Assembly: GCA_046329885.1 (NCBI GenBank) | Contig: JAXLTU010000007.1 | Coordinates: 4,957 to 68,956 of the forward strand | Source: Bacteroidales bacterium | GTDB taxonomy: Bacteria > Bacteroidota > Bacteroidia > Bacteroidales > VadinHA17 | Direction: 5' to 3' | DNA: 64,000 nucleotides | Shown: one piece after another, positions 39,164 to 49,722 of the stretch | Layout: the number at the start of each line of letters is the position of its first letter | Position numbering within the stretch: the stretch's first letter is position 1 | Translations under genes and position numbers: made by a program | The notes under the pieces: generated by a model | The model's input: the letters and a program-made list of their open reading frames with translations, nothing else | What the model was told of the DNA's origin: nothing | The model's database searches: none

Positions 39164-40336
39164 TTATTTTTTCAGACGAGCAGCAGCTCTAACCCACCTG
39201 TCGGGTACCTCGTTCCTGTTGGCCTGCTGGTAATCCTCGTGCGAACATGCCACGTATTCAGTGGTTTTGTCGTCTGCCTGTAACTCGAGCCACCACCTTT
39301 CCGTGAGGGTGCTTTTAACGAAAATAAGATCGTCGTCGAGATCGGTTATCCTCACGTGATACCTTATGAACCGTCCCGACATGGGGTCGTCGAGCAGAGG
39401 TACTTCAAACTGTTTCTGCGAGAACCCCTCGAGGAAAAACCAGAGGATCTGTGCTGCGAGGGCAGAGGTCTGATCCCTGTTGTCGAATGAAGGATTGACT
39501 TCAAAGATCCCGAATATCTTCAGGTTGTCCGAAATGCCTGCGTACCTCGACAGGAGACAAATTTCCTCACCGTAAAAACCGTTGGGTGAAGGCGCGAAAG
39601 TACCCGGTGCATCAGACTGACGGACTGCCGATATATCAAATACCGCAACATCCGAATCGCGCATCAGAGGTTCAGTCAGGTGAATACCCTGCCTCACATC
39701 TCCTATCCTGAACAGGTCGGCCCTTTTCTTCACCAGCCTGTTTATCGTCTGTTGATCATTAAGGTAGGTCTGGTAACCTATATTTATGAAATGCTTGATG
39801 CTGCTTCCGGGGTTGTAAATGATCTGGTTCAGGAAGTTGAAAGAATCGGATGATTTTCTCTCGGGATGAAAATCAATTCTCGAATCGACAGAAAGCATCG
39901 TGTACGGTTTCTGCCCCGCCGAGAATCTTGAATCGATTGATCTTACAAGAGCGCTGCTGCCACCAATTATCACCGCGAAAACGTTCTCGGAAGCAAGGTA
40001 GGTAAGAACATCCGATAACCCGGCTATCGTGTCGTTAAAGCCGGTCCCTTTCTTCATGTTGCCCAGATCGATGATCTTCGTCTTGCCCGGGATTCTCGTC
40101 ATCGTGTAAAGGCAACGTCTTATTATGTCAGGCGCGGCAGCAGTTCCCTCGTCAGGAGAATTCCTCCCGTCGGGAACCCCGAGTATCGCGATCCTGAACT
40201 TGCCGATGTCCTTAACGGGATTGTTTTCCGTGTGAATAGTAATGTTATGCGAGAATGAAGCAGATCCGGTCAGCAGATGATATTCAGGTCTCTCGATGCT
40301 GACGGGATTGAAATAATCATTCAGATCGAGCATCAC
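39164..40336 (-). CDS. arginase/formimidoylglutamase-fold protein with degenerate metal-binding motifs
   Basis: 390 aa. Fold markers are ILGVPDGRN...AAAPDIIR and FEVNP. The canonical GGDHS is GGSSA, DAHxD is DSRID, and DxDxxDP is DISAVRQSDAP. A ~90-aa C-terminal extension is present. The start overlaps the topA stop by 4 nt. Confidence 0.65.
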   Translation of the reverse strand: MMLDLNDYFNPVSIERPEYHLLTGSASFSHNITIHTENNPVKDIGKFRIAILGVPDGRNSPDEGTAAAPDIIRRCLYTMTRIPGKTKIIDLGNMKKGTGFNDTIAGLSDVLTYLASENVFAVIIGGSSALVRSIDSRFSAGQKPYTMLSVDSRIDFHPERKSSDSFNFLNQIIYNPGSSIKHFINIGYQTYLNDQQTINRLVKKRADLFRIGDVRQGIHLTEPLMRDSDVAVFDISAVRQSDAPGTFAPSPNGFYGEEICLLSRYAGISDNLKIFGIFEVNPSFDNRDQTSALAAQILWFFLEGFSQKQFEVPLLDDPMSGRFIRYHVRITDLDDDLIFVKSTLTERWWLELQADDKTTEYVACSHEDYQQANRNEVPDRWVRAAARLKK

Positions 40337-42625
40337 TGTTTCGATTTACTGTTATTGTCGATAATTGTCTTGCATTCATCTTTCGTGAGCCCGGCAGCAT
40401 CCGTTCCCCTCGGTATCCTGAAGTTCTTCTTGTCGAATGTTATATAAGGGCCATACCGACCGTTGAGGACCTGGATGTCGCCAAAATCGTGAATTACCTT
40501 TTGCTTGTCAGATTCAGATTTTTCTTTTATAATCTCGAAAGCTCTTTCAGGGGTAACGGTATACGGATCGTCAACGCCCTTTTTGAGCGAGTAGAACTTG
40601 CTCCTGTAACGCACGTAGGGTCCGAATTTCCCGATGCCAACAACCATCTCTTCACCATCGTGAATGCCCAGGGACCTTGGCAGCCTGAAAAGGTTTAGCG
40701 CCTCATCGAGTGTTATTGTTTCTATGAGCTGGTCTTTAAGAAGGCTGGCGAATCGAGGTTTACCCTCGTTCGACGAATCGCCGATCTGCACAACAGGTCC
40801 GTAACGTCCCATCTTCACTGAAACCGGTTCTCCCGATTCAGGGTGATTGCCAAGTATCCTTACTCCCGTTTTCTTGTCTTTCTTCTCGAGCGTCGATTCA
40901 ACTGTCTTGTGGAAGGATGAATAAAACTTGTCAAGCATCCCGGTCCAGCTTAGATTACCGATTGCTATTTCATCAAATTCTTCTTCAACATCAGCAGTAA
41001 AATTAAAATCGACGATGTCAGTGAAATTCTCGAGCAGGAAATCATTGACAATCATTCCAATATCTTTGGGGAAAAGTTTAGATTTCTCCTTACCTGATAG
41101 CTCAACCTTCGATGTGGCCGTTATTTTACCATCGGCAAGAACCAGTCCCCTGAGTTTCCTTTTTTCACCCGGCCGGTCTTCTCTCGAGACGTAACCCCTG
41201 TTCTGAATTGTAGAAATTGTGGGGGCGTAAGTTGACGGACGACCGATTCCAGATTCCTCGAGTTTTTTCACGGAAGCTCCTTCCCAAAATGGTGCTGCTC
41301 CTTGGTGGCAGGTTGTATATCTCTCGTTAGCCATTATTTTCTGGCTGTTCAGCTCCCATTCCGCTTTTGACAGGCGGTATAATATCCTTGTCCTCCTCGC
41401 TGTTTTCTGTATCAGTCGATTCGGAGTAGACTCTCGAAACCGTCGAAGAGGTACAACCTCGCCAGTGGCGTTGAAAGAGACAGGCGAATTATTCATCTCT
41501 ATGGCTATGGTCGTCTTCTCTACCTGTGCGTCCGACATCTGCAAAGGCGATGGTTCTTTTCGAGATAAGGTCATAAAGCTTCTTCTCGGTAAGGGTACCG
41601 CTTATCTCCGATTTATCGGGATAAGCGGAATCTGATGGCTTCGTGAGCCTCCTGGGCACCACTGTTCTTGTCTTGAACTGCCTGGTCTTGGAATGTTTCG
41701 CCGTATTCGGAAACGATCGCCGCGTGTTTTTGACAGAGCCAGCTTGAAGGTTGGTCGAGTCGGTCCTCATGTAAGTTATCTTTCCACCCTCGTATAGTTT
41801 CTGCGCTACCGACATTGTCTGGGCCACGGAGAAGCCCTGGCTTCCTGTAGGCTTCCTGCTGGAGAGTCGATGTGGTAAAAGGCGAGACCGGTGACCTGGT
41901 GCCTGGTTTAACGGTTATGAACACCTTGTTGCGCGTCGATGTCCCTGCATAGCTCGAGGAACTTCATGGCCTCTTCCTCGGTGGTGAATTTCTTCGAGGC
42001 TTCAGCTTTAACAGCCGGCGATTCAGATGTTCCGCCCCGGAATGATAAACTGGGCAGTTACCCTGAAAGATGATTCCGGTTTGAATCCGATTATCTCCTT
42101 TCTCCTTTCGACTATCATGCCAACAGCTGACTGAACCCTGCCTGCCGAGAGAGATGGCTGCACCTTTTTCCACAACACCGGTGATATCTCGAAACCCACC
42201 AGCCTGTCGATATCAATGGCCTGCTGGGGTGACGAGGTTCTATATCAACTGTCCTCGGGGTTTTGATGGCTAGAAATTGCATCCTTCGTTGCTCTCGTGA
42301 AAGACTATCCTTTTAGTGGTTGCCGGGTCAAGATCGAGGACCTTTATAAGGTGCCGAGCTATGCTTCTCCCCTCGCGGTCCTCATCGGATGCTATCCAGA
42401 CGGTCTTCATTCGAGCTGATTTCCTCAGCTCTGTTACATGACGCTGATTTCTCTTACCGGTATCTCGTAATCAATTTTGAATCCCTTTTCCATCTCTATT
42501 ACAATTTTTCTTGGAAGATCGCGTATATGGCTGAAACTGGGAAACAACCGAAATCTTTCCCGAGGAATTTCTCTATTGTTGCAGCTTTGGCAGGTGATTC
42601 TACGATTACGAGAGTTTTCGATCAT
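40333..42625 (-). pseudogene. topA: DNA topoisomerase I, 5' half riddled with frameshifts (probably sequence errors)
   Basis: ATG at 42625. The N-terminal Toprim region reads LVIVESPAKAATIEKFLGKDF...SFSHIRDLP after one frame switch. The middle is recovered from fragments 41964-42173, 41613-41924 and 41489-41827. The intact 3' portion contains EESGIGRPSTYAPTISTIQNRGYV and C-terminal repeat domains. Confidence 0.88.
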
Positions 42626-42718
42626 TTTTCGGCAGAATTTACCTTTACAAAACGTGACAAAGTAAATCATTTGTATCACAAACTTCAAAATAAACCGTTA
42701 AGATTCTTTATTATTTAC

Positions 42719-42726
42719 TATTTTTG
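42719..42726 (+). promoter_or_regulatory. candidate -7 promoter box (TAnnTTTG) for mrcA
   Basis: TATTTTTG overlaps the ORF-track TTG start at 42724 and lies 20 nt upstream of the ATG at 42746. This suggests 42746 is the real start. Confidence 0.35.
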
Positions 42727-45034
42727 GCGCAAACTCCGAAGCTCAATGACGGTTGCTTTTACAAAAACCTGATCTGGTTCTGGTCTTTAATTGCTTTGCC
42801 CTTTGTTCTGGTCATAGTTCTCTTCATCCTCATATCGAACGAGAAACTTGGTCCGATGCCTCTATTCGAGGAGCTCGAAAACCCTGAGAATAACCTGGCG
42901 GCAAGTCTATTCCGAGATGGTGTCTGCTTGGAAAGTATTATTTCCAGAACAGGACCTGAATGAATACAAAGACATATCCCTAATGTAATATTTACTGATC
43001 GCGACTGAAGACATAAGGTTTTACAGGCATTCCGGGATAGACGTCAGGGGTCTAGGGAGGGCCATAGTCCGTTCAGTAATACTTGGACAGGAAGCAGGCG
43101 GGGGGAGCACGATAACCCAGCAGCTTGCCAAGAACCTGTACAAGACCCGCGAGGGCGACAGCATCCATTATTCCCGTTTGCGCAGTAAGCTTAATTTAGG
43201 AGTTTCCAAGTTCAAGGAATGGCATACCGCGGTAAAGCTCGAGAAGAACTTCACCAAGGAAGAGATAATAACAATGTATCTCAACGTATTCGATTTCGTG
43301 AATAACGCGGTTGGTATAAGATCGGCTTCGCAGATATATTTCAATACAACACCCGACTCGCTTACAGTCGAACAGTCAGCCATGCTTGTCGGTATGCTCA
43401 AGAACTCGGCCTTCTTCAACCCGGTTAAAAGGCCCGAGCAGACCATGAAGAGAAGAAATGTTGTTATCAGCCAGATGGTCAAGTACGGTTACCTCAAACC
43501 CGCGCTTGCCGATTCTGTCAGGAGGATGCCTCTCGGTCTCGATTTCACCGAGGAAAATCATAATGTTGGCCTTGCGACGTACCTCAGGGAGTATATCAGG
43601 ACAACCATGATCAAGTTTGAACCCGAACGACGATTCTTCAGCTTCGATGAACAGTACGAGGATGCGAAATGGAGATGGGATAATGATCCCTTGTACGGCT
43701 GGTGCAGGAAGAACAGGAAACCGGACGGATCTAATTATAATCTGTACAGGGACGGGATCAAGATATATACCACTATTAACTCGAAGATGCAGAAGTACGC
43801 TGAAGAAGCGCTCACCGAGCATCTGGGAAAGGACATCCAGCCCGATTTTTACAAGACAGCGAGGTACCTCAGAAACCCGCCTTACTCGAACGATCTGAAT
43901 CGTAAACAGATCGAAGCCATTATTTCTAATACCATCAGGACGACTGAAAGGTACAAATCGCTAAGGCAGGCCAGGGTCCCCGACGATTCCATAAGACTTA
44001 TTTTCAACACGAAAGTCAGGATGAAGGTCTTTTCATGGAAAGGGGAGAGAGATACAATTATGTCACCCCTCGACTCCATCTGGTACTATAAATATATAAT
44101 GAGGTCATCCTTCCTTGTCGAGGACCCGCATAACGGTCACGTGAAGGCTTATGTTGGAGGGCCTGATTTCAAGTATTTCAAGTACGATGGTGTTACCGAG
44201 CAGAAGAGACAGGTTGGAAGTACAATCAAACCATTTCTTTACACGCTTGCCATGCAGAACGGCCTTTCTCCATGCCTCGAGGTTCCTAATATTCCTATCA
44301 CTTTCGAGGTTGGAGACTCGACATGGACACCCAGGACCACCGGCCGCAAGGAGGATCAGGGGAAGATGGTCACGCTGAGATGGGGCCTCGCGAAATCGGA
44401 AAATAATATATCGGGATGGCTGATGACCCAGTTCACCCCGCAGGCGGTTGTCGACCTCATGCACCGAATGGGTATACGAAGTTTTATCGACCCTGTCGTC
44501 TCGATATTCCTGGGTACCTCTGATATAACCCTCGAGGAGATGGTAGGGGCCTATGGGACCTTCGCCAACAAGGGTGTTTATGTCAAACCCATGTACGTCA
44601 CGAGGATAGAAGACAGGAATGGCAATATAATATCGGAGTTCAACCCGAAAATAGAGGAAGTGATAAGCGAGGACCAGGCATATCTGATGCTAAACCTCCT
44701 GCAGGGAGTCGTTAACGAGGGGTCCGGTATAGCTCTCAGGATTAATCACAAGCTCACGAACCAGATAGGTGGCAAGACAGGTACAACCCAGAACCATGGA
44801 AACGGCTGGTTCATGGGAGTAACCCCTGACCTGGTTGCCGGTGTATGGAGCGGGTGGGAAGACCAGAGCATCCATTTCTCGACACTAGGCGAGGGCCAGG
44901 GTGCAAGGATTGCACTTCCCGTACTCGGGCTTTTCCTGCAGAAGCTGTATGCCGATCCCCAGTTCATGGATCTGCCAACAAATATTTTCGAGCGCCCGGC
45001 CGGTTTCAGCATGGAACTGACCGCGACAAGCTAA
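42724..45034 (+). pseudogene. mrcA: penicillin-binding protein 1A (bifunctional transglycosylase/transpeptidase), N-terminal region frameshifted
   Basis: N-terminal anchor is NLIWFWSLIALPFVLVIVLFILI. GT51 motifs LIATEDIRFYRHSGID, GGSTITQQLAKN and KEWHTAVKLEKNFTKEEIITMYLN are readable only after about 5 frame switches at 42900-43010. Transpeptidase motifs GSTIKP, SENN and GKTGTT lie in the intact part, 43178-45034. Confidence 0.88.
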
Positions 45035-45110
45035 AAAAATCGACTGTTACAAGAGGAAATTACAAGCAGCGATATTAAGATCAGCTGAATAGAAGCTTTA
45101 CCAGCGTTCC

Positions 45111-46439
45111 CTACTTTCCCGCAGGGATTATCTCTACTGATTTATCGTGCGCCCCGATATTCTTCTGGTATTTGAAATGTATATCCTGTTGAAGTCCATC
45201 CAGCCGCTTCGCGAACGCGCTGATCAATGGATACCGGTCTGATCTCGCCCGACAGACCCGTTTCGCTGGCAAAACACGATCCGGAAGCCACTGGTATATC
45301 GAGGTTGGAGGACAAGACCGAGGCAATGATCGCCATGTCGATTGCCGGGTCACTTACCTCGAGTCCACCGGCTATATTAAGGAAGACATCTTTCACGGCC
45401 AGCCTGAAACCGGCCCTCTTCTCGGAGCACGGCTAGAAGCATGTTCAAACGTCTTATGTCGAATCCCGTTGAACTGCGCTGGGGTGTACCGCATGTGGAC
45501 TGCACTGCTTACAAGAGCCTGGGTCTCTATCATGAAGGGTCTTATACCATCGACAGCGCTGCTATAGAAATACCGCTTAGCTGATCGTCGTGCTGGCTTA
45601 TGAACATGCCCGAGGGATTTTCAACTTCCCTCAGGCCGGATTCAAGCATTTCGAAAATGCCAAGCTCGGATGTTGAACCGAACCTGTTCCGACTGATCTG
45701 AGTATCCGGTATATATAATTATTGTCTCCCTCGAAGTAAAGACTACGTCGACAATATGTTCAAGCACCTTGGGTCCGGCTATTGTCCCGTCCTTGGTTAT
45801 ATGGCCGATAAGGAATACAGGCACACCGGATAACTTGGAATATTTTAGAAGCTGGGCGGCACACTCCCTGACCTGCGAAACCGAGCCGGCTGAAGACTCG
45901 AGCATCCCGGTGTGTATGGTCTGGATCGAGTCTATTATTATAACTGATGGATTGAGGTTTCCCGCGTGAGCGAGTATGTTTTCGAGATCGGTCTCGGAGA
46001 GTATGTAGCAACCCGGGTTTGACTTGTTTATCCTTTTTGCCCGGAGGCTGATCTGTTCCTCGCTTTCCTCACCCGACACGTATAGTACCTTCCTGCCCGA
46101 TGCGGACAAAGCCAGTTGAAGAGCCAGCGTCGATTTTCCCACGCCCGGTTCTCCTCCTAGCAGGATCAGCGAACCGCCAACGAGTCCGCCACCAAGTATC
46201 CTGTCAAGTTCTGAAATACCTGTCTGTTGCCTCGATTTCTCGTCGGAACTTATGTTATCGAGGAGCTCTGGTTTCTTCTTTTCCCCGTGGCTGACAAATG
46301 ATTGTTCCCTGGTATTAGCCGGGGTAATAATTTCCTCGTGATACGAGTTCCATTCACCGCAGGAAGGACAACGGCCTATCCATTTTGCAGATTCAGCCCC
46401 GCAGTTCTGGCAGACATAAACAGATCTGGTCTTAGCCAT
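45111..46439 (-). pseudogene. radA: DNA repair protein RadA, 3' third frameshifted
   Basis: Zn finger CQNCGAESAKWIGRCPSCGEWNS and Walker A GGEPGVGKSTL lie in the intact fragment 45642-46439. The Lon-like C-terminal domain (DVFLNIAGGLEVSDPAIDMAIIASVLSS...GLSGEIRPV) is in 45142-45396, and the end is in 45111-45353. Confidence 0.88.
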
Positions 46440-46466
46440 CGATTACTTGTTAAATATGATGCAGGT

Positions 46467-47507
46467 CTAATAATTATCAACAGGAACAGGATCGGCAGCT
46501 GCATGCTTCTTTTTCTTCTTCCCGACAAGGGCATAAAAAGACCAAATGCCAAGAATAGCACCGTATACCATCTGCGATTCGTGCGAGAGAATCGCGTACA
46601 CCAGGGCGTCGGCCTTGCTGATACCATATATGGCCATCAATCCGCCGGAAATTATGAAATGAAACGCGCCCAGACCACTCTGGACTGGTGCTGACATTGC
46701 AAGTCCACCGATAACAAGGAGGAAGATTCCATCACCGAAACTGAGGTGCGAAGTGCTGTCGACGGTGAATACAACCACCCATGTCATAAGCGCGTAGTTG
46801 AGCCAGATAAACACGGTATGGAAAAGAAACTCCCATTTGTTTTCTATTGCTGTGATTGTCGAGAGCCCGTGGATAATGCCCTGCCCAGCGTCGTAGAATT
46901 TCGCGAAGAACCTGATCTTCCTGAGACGGTTCCTGAAGGCATAGAGGAAATAAACGGTTAGCCCGCCGGCCAGCAGGAGGATAGGCCAGATTATCCAGGC
47001 TGAGCCAAAAACAGAGGCCAGCTTTTCGGTAATCGGGTCGAAGATGTTATTCTTCATGAATGGACCGATAGTGCTGCCATCGACTATTAGCATTATCAAA
47101 AGGATTACCATCAAGGAGACGAAGTCGATTGTTCGTTCGATGACGACAGTCCCGATAAGCTTGTCGACGGGAATATTGTCTTTTTTCCCCAGTGCGACGC
47201 ATTTTGAAATTTCCCCTACGCGGGGGAGGGCCATGTTAGCCAGGTAACCGGTCATCATGGCATAGAAAGTGTTTTTCAGCGAGGGCTTGTGACCAAGTGG
47301 CATGATGAGCAACTTCCACCGCCTGGCCCTTGAAAGGTAGGCAAGTGTGCCGAAAAACAACGCCAGGATAAGCCACCAGTAATTGGCTTCCCGGAGTCCT
47401 TTCCCGAGATCTTCTATTTTAATGCTCCTGAACGCAAGCCAAAGAAGAATAATACCTGCTGCCAGGAAAGCGATAAACTTTAGAGCACGTATTATTGCAG
47501 TCTTCAA
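46467..47507 (-). CDS. polytopic membrane protein, UPF0104 / lysyl-PG-synthase-TM (flippase-like) family
   Basis: 346 aa with about 8 hydrophobic helices. The N-terminal FLAAGIILLWLAFRSI and RARRWKLLI segments are typical of this family, assigned from memory. Confidence 0.55.
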   Translation of the reverse strand: MKTAIIRALKFIAFLAAGIILLWLAFRSIKIEDLGKGLREANYWWLILALFFGTLAYLSRARRWKLLIMPLGHKPSLKNTFYAMMTGYLANMALPRVGEISKCVALGKKDNIPVDKLIGTVVIERTIDFVSLMVILLIMLIVDGSTIGPFMKNNIFDPITEKLASVFGSAWIIWPILLLAGGLTVYFLYAFRNRLRKIRFFAKFYDAGQGIIHGLSTITAIENKWEFLFHTVFIWLNYALMTWVVVFTVDSTSHLSFGDGIFLLVIGGLAMSAPVQSGLGAFHFIISGGLMAIYGISKADALVYAILSHESQMVYGAILGIWSFYALVGKKKKKHAAADPVPVDNY

Positions 47508-47509
47508 CC

Positions 47510-47860
47510 TCAGACTAATTTATTCGTGTTGGTGTCGGGAAAGACAATGCTGGGTTTGAAGGACCTGGCTTCGGCCTGATCGAGAGTGGCGTATGAGATT
47601 ATGATGACTACATCGCCAACAACAACTTTCCTCGCGGCGGCACCGTTAAGACAAATGCTTCCCGAACCGCGCTCTCCCTTTATAACATAGGTTTCGAGCC
47701 TCTCGCCGTTGTTAATGTTCACAACCTGAACTTTCTCGTTCTCGATTATGCTGGCAGCGTCCATCAGATCCTCGTCAATCGTTATGCTCCCGATATATTT
47801 CAGATTCGCCTCGGTAACCGTGACGTTATGTATTTTCGATTTTACTACTTCTATAAGCAT
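47510..47860 (-). CDS. panD: aspartate 1-decarboxylase
   Basis: 116 aa. [32 protein letters not shown] contains the G-S self-cleavage site, followed by ...[10 protein letters not shown]...[11 protein letters not shown]. Confidence 0.93.
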   Translation of the reverse strand: MLIEVVKSKIHNVTVTEANLKYIGSITIDEDLMDAASIIENEKVQVVNINNGERLETYVIKGERGSGSICLNGAAARKVVVGDVVIIISYATLDQAEARSFKPSIVFPDTNTNKLV

Positions 47861-47913
47861 GGTGATGCCTTGTTACACTCGTTCTGGCTACAAAGGTACA
47901 CAACCTTTTTTAA

Positions 47914-48771
47914 TCAGTGCAACGGTATTTCAATATTATCTATAAGGCGTATTTTGCCGGCTTTCACCGCGATACAACCGTAGTACTTTTTCCCGGGCAG
48001 CATGTCTTTCCGGGTATTGACGGGGATCAGTGAAACATCGTCGACAATCTCGAAATATTCAAGGGAGTATCCGTTTATTGAGTTCACCTTACCTGTTACA
48101 AATTCCTTGACCTGATTTATCTCCGTACTATTTACAATTGATGCCGCTTCAGAAATTGTTTTGAAAATCACCGGTGCATTCTTCCTGATTTCAGGCTCCA
48201 GGAGCCTGTTCCTGCTGCTCATGGCGAGTCCGTCAGGTTCCCTTATTATCGGGCAGGCGATGATCTTTATGTCGTACCCGTGCTGTCTTACAAGGTCTTT
48301 TATTATTGTAAGCTGCTGGAAGTCTTTCTGGCCGAAGTAAGCTATGCCAGGGCTGACTATGTCGAACAGGCGCGAGACGACCTGGGCCACGCCATTGAAA
48401 TGGCCGGGACGATGAGCTCCTTCCATCACTTTGTCGAGAGTTCCGAAGCTGAATATCCTTTTATCTTCCGAGGGATAAATCTCTTTAACAGAAGGAATGA
48501 AGACCAGGTCGTCAGCCCTTAATACCGTCCCGAGGAGTTTAAGATCCCCGGGGATGGTCCTCGGGTAGTTTTTAAGATCGTCCTTGTCATTGAACTGGGT
48601 TGGATTGACGAAGATGCTGACAACAACGCGCCGGCATTCGTTCACTGCTCTCAGGGCAAGCGACAGATGGCCTTCGTGGAGGGCTCCCATTGTAGGAACG
48701 AAGCCAATTAGCGATGGGTCTATGCCATCGAGTTGCTGCCTTACTCCGGATACAGTTTCAACTGTCTTCAT
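47914..48771 (-). CDS. panC: pantoate--beta-alanine ligase
   Basis: 285 aa. Motifs present are VPTMGALHEGHLSL, VSIFVNPTQF and FGQKDFQQ. Confidence 0.92.
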   Translation of the reverse strand: MKTVETVSGVRQQLDGIDPSLIGFVPTMGALHEGHLSLALRAVNECRRVVVSIFVNPTQFNDKDDLKNYPRTIPGDLKLLGTVLRADDLVFIPSVKEIYPSEDKRIFSFGTLDKVMEGAHRPGHFNGVAQVVSRLFDIVSPGIAYFGQKDFQQLTIIKDLVRQHGYDIKIIACPIIREPDGLAMSSRNRLLEPEIRKNAPVIFKTISEAASIVNSTEINQVKEFVTGKVNSINGYSLEYFEIVDDVSLIPVNTRKDMLPGKKYYGCIAVKAGKIRLIDNIEIPLH

Positions 48772-48785
48772 TGCTGAAATTTCTG

Positions 48786-48793
48786 CAAACCTA
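48786..48793 (-). promoter_or_regulatory. candidate -7 promoter box (TAnnTTTG) for panC-panD-UPF0104-radA
   Basis: Plus-strand CAAACCTA is TAGGTTTG on the minus strand, 15 nt upstream of the panC ATG. That spacing is short, so confidence is lower. Confidence 0.3.
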
Positions 48794-48875
48794 ATTGATT
48801 TTTAAACATCACTGCGCGGGCATCATGTAAAAAGTATGGAGTATTTTGAATAATCTATATATTAATAATTATTAC

Positions 48876-48883
48876 TACCTTTG
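48876..48883 (+). promoter_or_regulatory. candidate -7 promoter box (TAnnTTTG) for the glgA-like gene
   Basis: TACCTTTG lies 36 nt upstream of the ATG at 48919. Confidence 0.4.
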
Positions 48884-48918
48884 CATCCTAAACGAAATGG
48901 TATAGCCCGACCGGTTAA

Positions 48919-49722
48919 ATGGAAAGCAAGAAGGTACTGTTCATTTCCCAGGAAATCACTCCATATTTACCTGAAACCAAACTGTCGAAGATAGGAAGGT
49001 ATCTTCCGCAGGGTATTCAGGAAAAGGGTAAGGAGATCCGGACATTCATGCCGCGTTACGGGTGCATTAACGAGCGCCGCAACCAGCTCCACGAGGTCAT
49101 AAGACTATCGGGGATGAACCTGATTATTGATGACACTGACCATCCGCTTATCATAAAAGTGGCCTCGATACAGTCCGCGAGGATGCAGGTTTATTTCATC
49201 GACAACGATGATTATTTCCAGAGAAAATATATCGTTTCCGATAATTCCGGGCGCGAGTTCGAGGATAACGACGAGAGAGCATTATTCTTCGCCAGGGGCG
49301 TAATCGAAACAGTTAAAAAGCTGAGATGGGCACCCGATATCGTGCATTGCCACGGCTGGATGACATCTCTCGTTCCGGTTTACCTGAGAAATATTTACAA
49401 CGATGACCCGCTCTTCCACAATTACAAGATAGTATACTCCGTTTATAATAACGAATTCAAGGAACCATTCAGGAATAATTTTGCCGACAAGCTCCGTTAT
49501 GACGGCATAGACGGTGAGAACCTGAAGGTTGTTAAAAAGCCTGATTTCGTGAATGTCACGAAGCTGGCCGTTAAGAATTCAGATGCTGTTATAATCGGTA
49601 GCGATACAGTTAATAAAGAAGTTATGAAGTATATTGACACCATCGACAAACCGGTTCTTCAATATCAGGACGAGTCAGTATACATAGATGCATATAATGA
49701 TTTTTATGACAAGTTATTTTAG
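48919..49722 (+). CDS. short glycogen/starch-synthase-like protein (GT5 N-terminal half only)
   Basis: 267 aa. VLFISQEITPYLPETKLSKIGRYLPQ, ...DIVHCHGWMTSLVP... and related segments correspond to the N-terminal Rossmann half of GlgA. The C-terminal GT-B half is absent. Confidence 0.65.
   Translation: MESKKVLFISQEITPYLPETKLSKIGRYLPQGIQEKGKEIRTFMPRYGCINERRNQLHEVIRLSGMNLIIDDTDHPLIIKVASIQSARMQVYFIDNDDYFQRKYIVSDNSGREFEDNDERALFFARGVIETVKKLRWAPDIVHCHGWMTSLVPVYLRNIYNDDPLFHNYKIVYSVYNNEFKEPFRNNFADKLRYDGIDGENLKVVKKPDFVNVTKLAVKNSDAVIIGSDTVNKEVMKYIDTIDKPVLQYQDESVYIDAYNDFYDKLF

Noticed and set aside
42389-42772. 127-aa plus-strand ORF across the topA 5' end and the topA/mrcA intergenic region
   Set aside because: Its first two-thirds are antisense to readable TopA Toprim sequence. 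Its end merely runs through the mrcA promoter and the ATG at 42746, and it exists only because of the local frameshifts.
1685-46439. Programmed ribosomal frameshifting or true pseudogenisation as the explanation for the broken genes
   Set aside because: There are dozens of shifts in both directions with no shared slippery motif. They occur in essential genes (metK, topA), cluster regionally across gene boundaries, and in the cases resolved sit in homopolymers. Consensus error is the parsimonious explanation, pending read-level confirmation.
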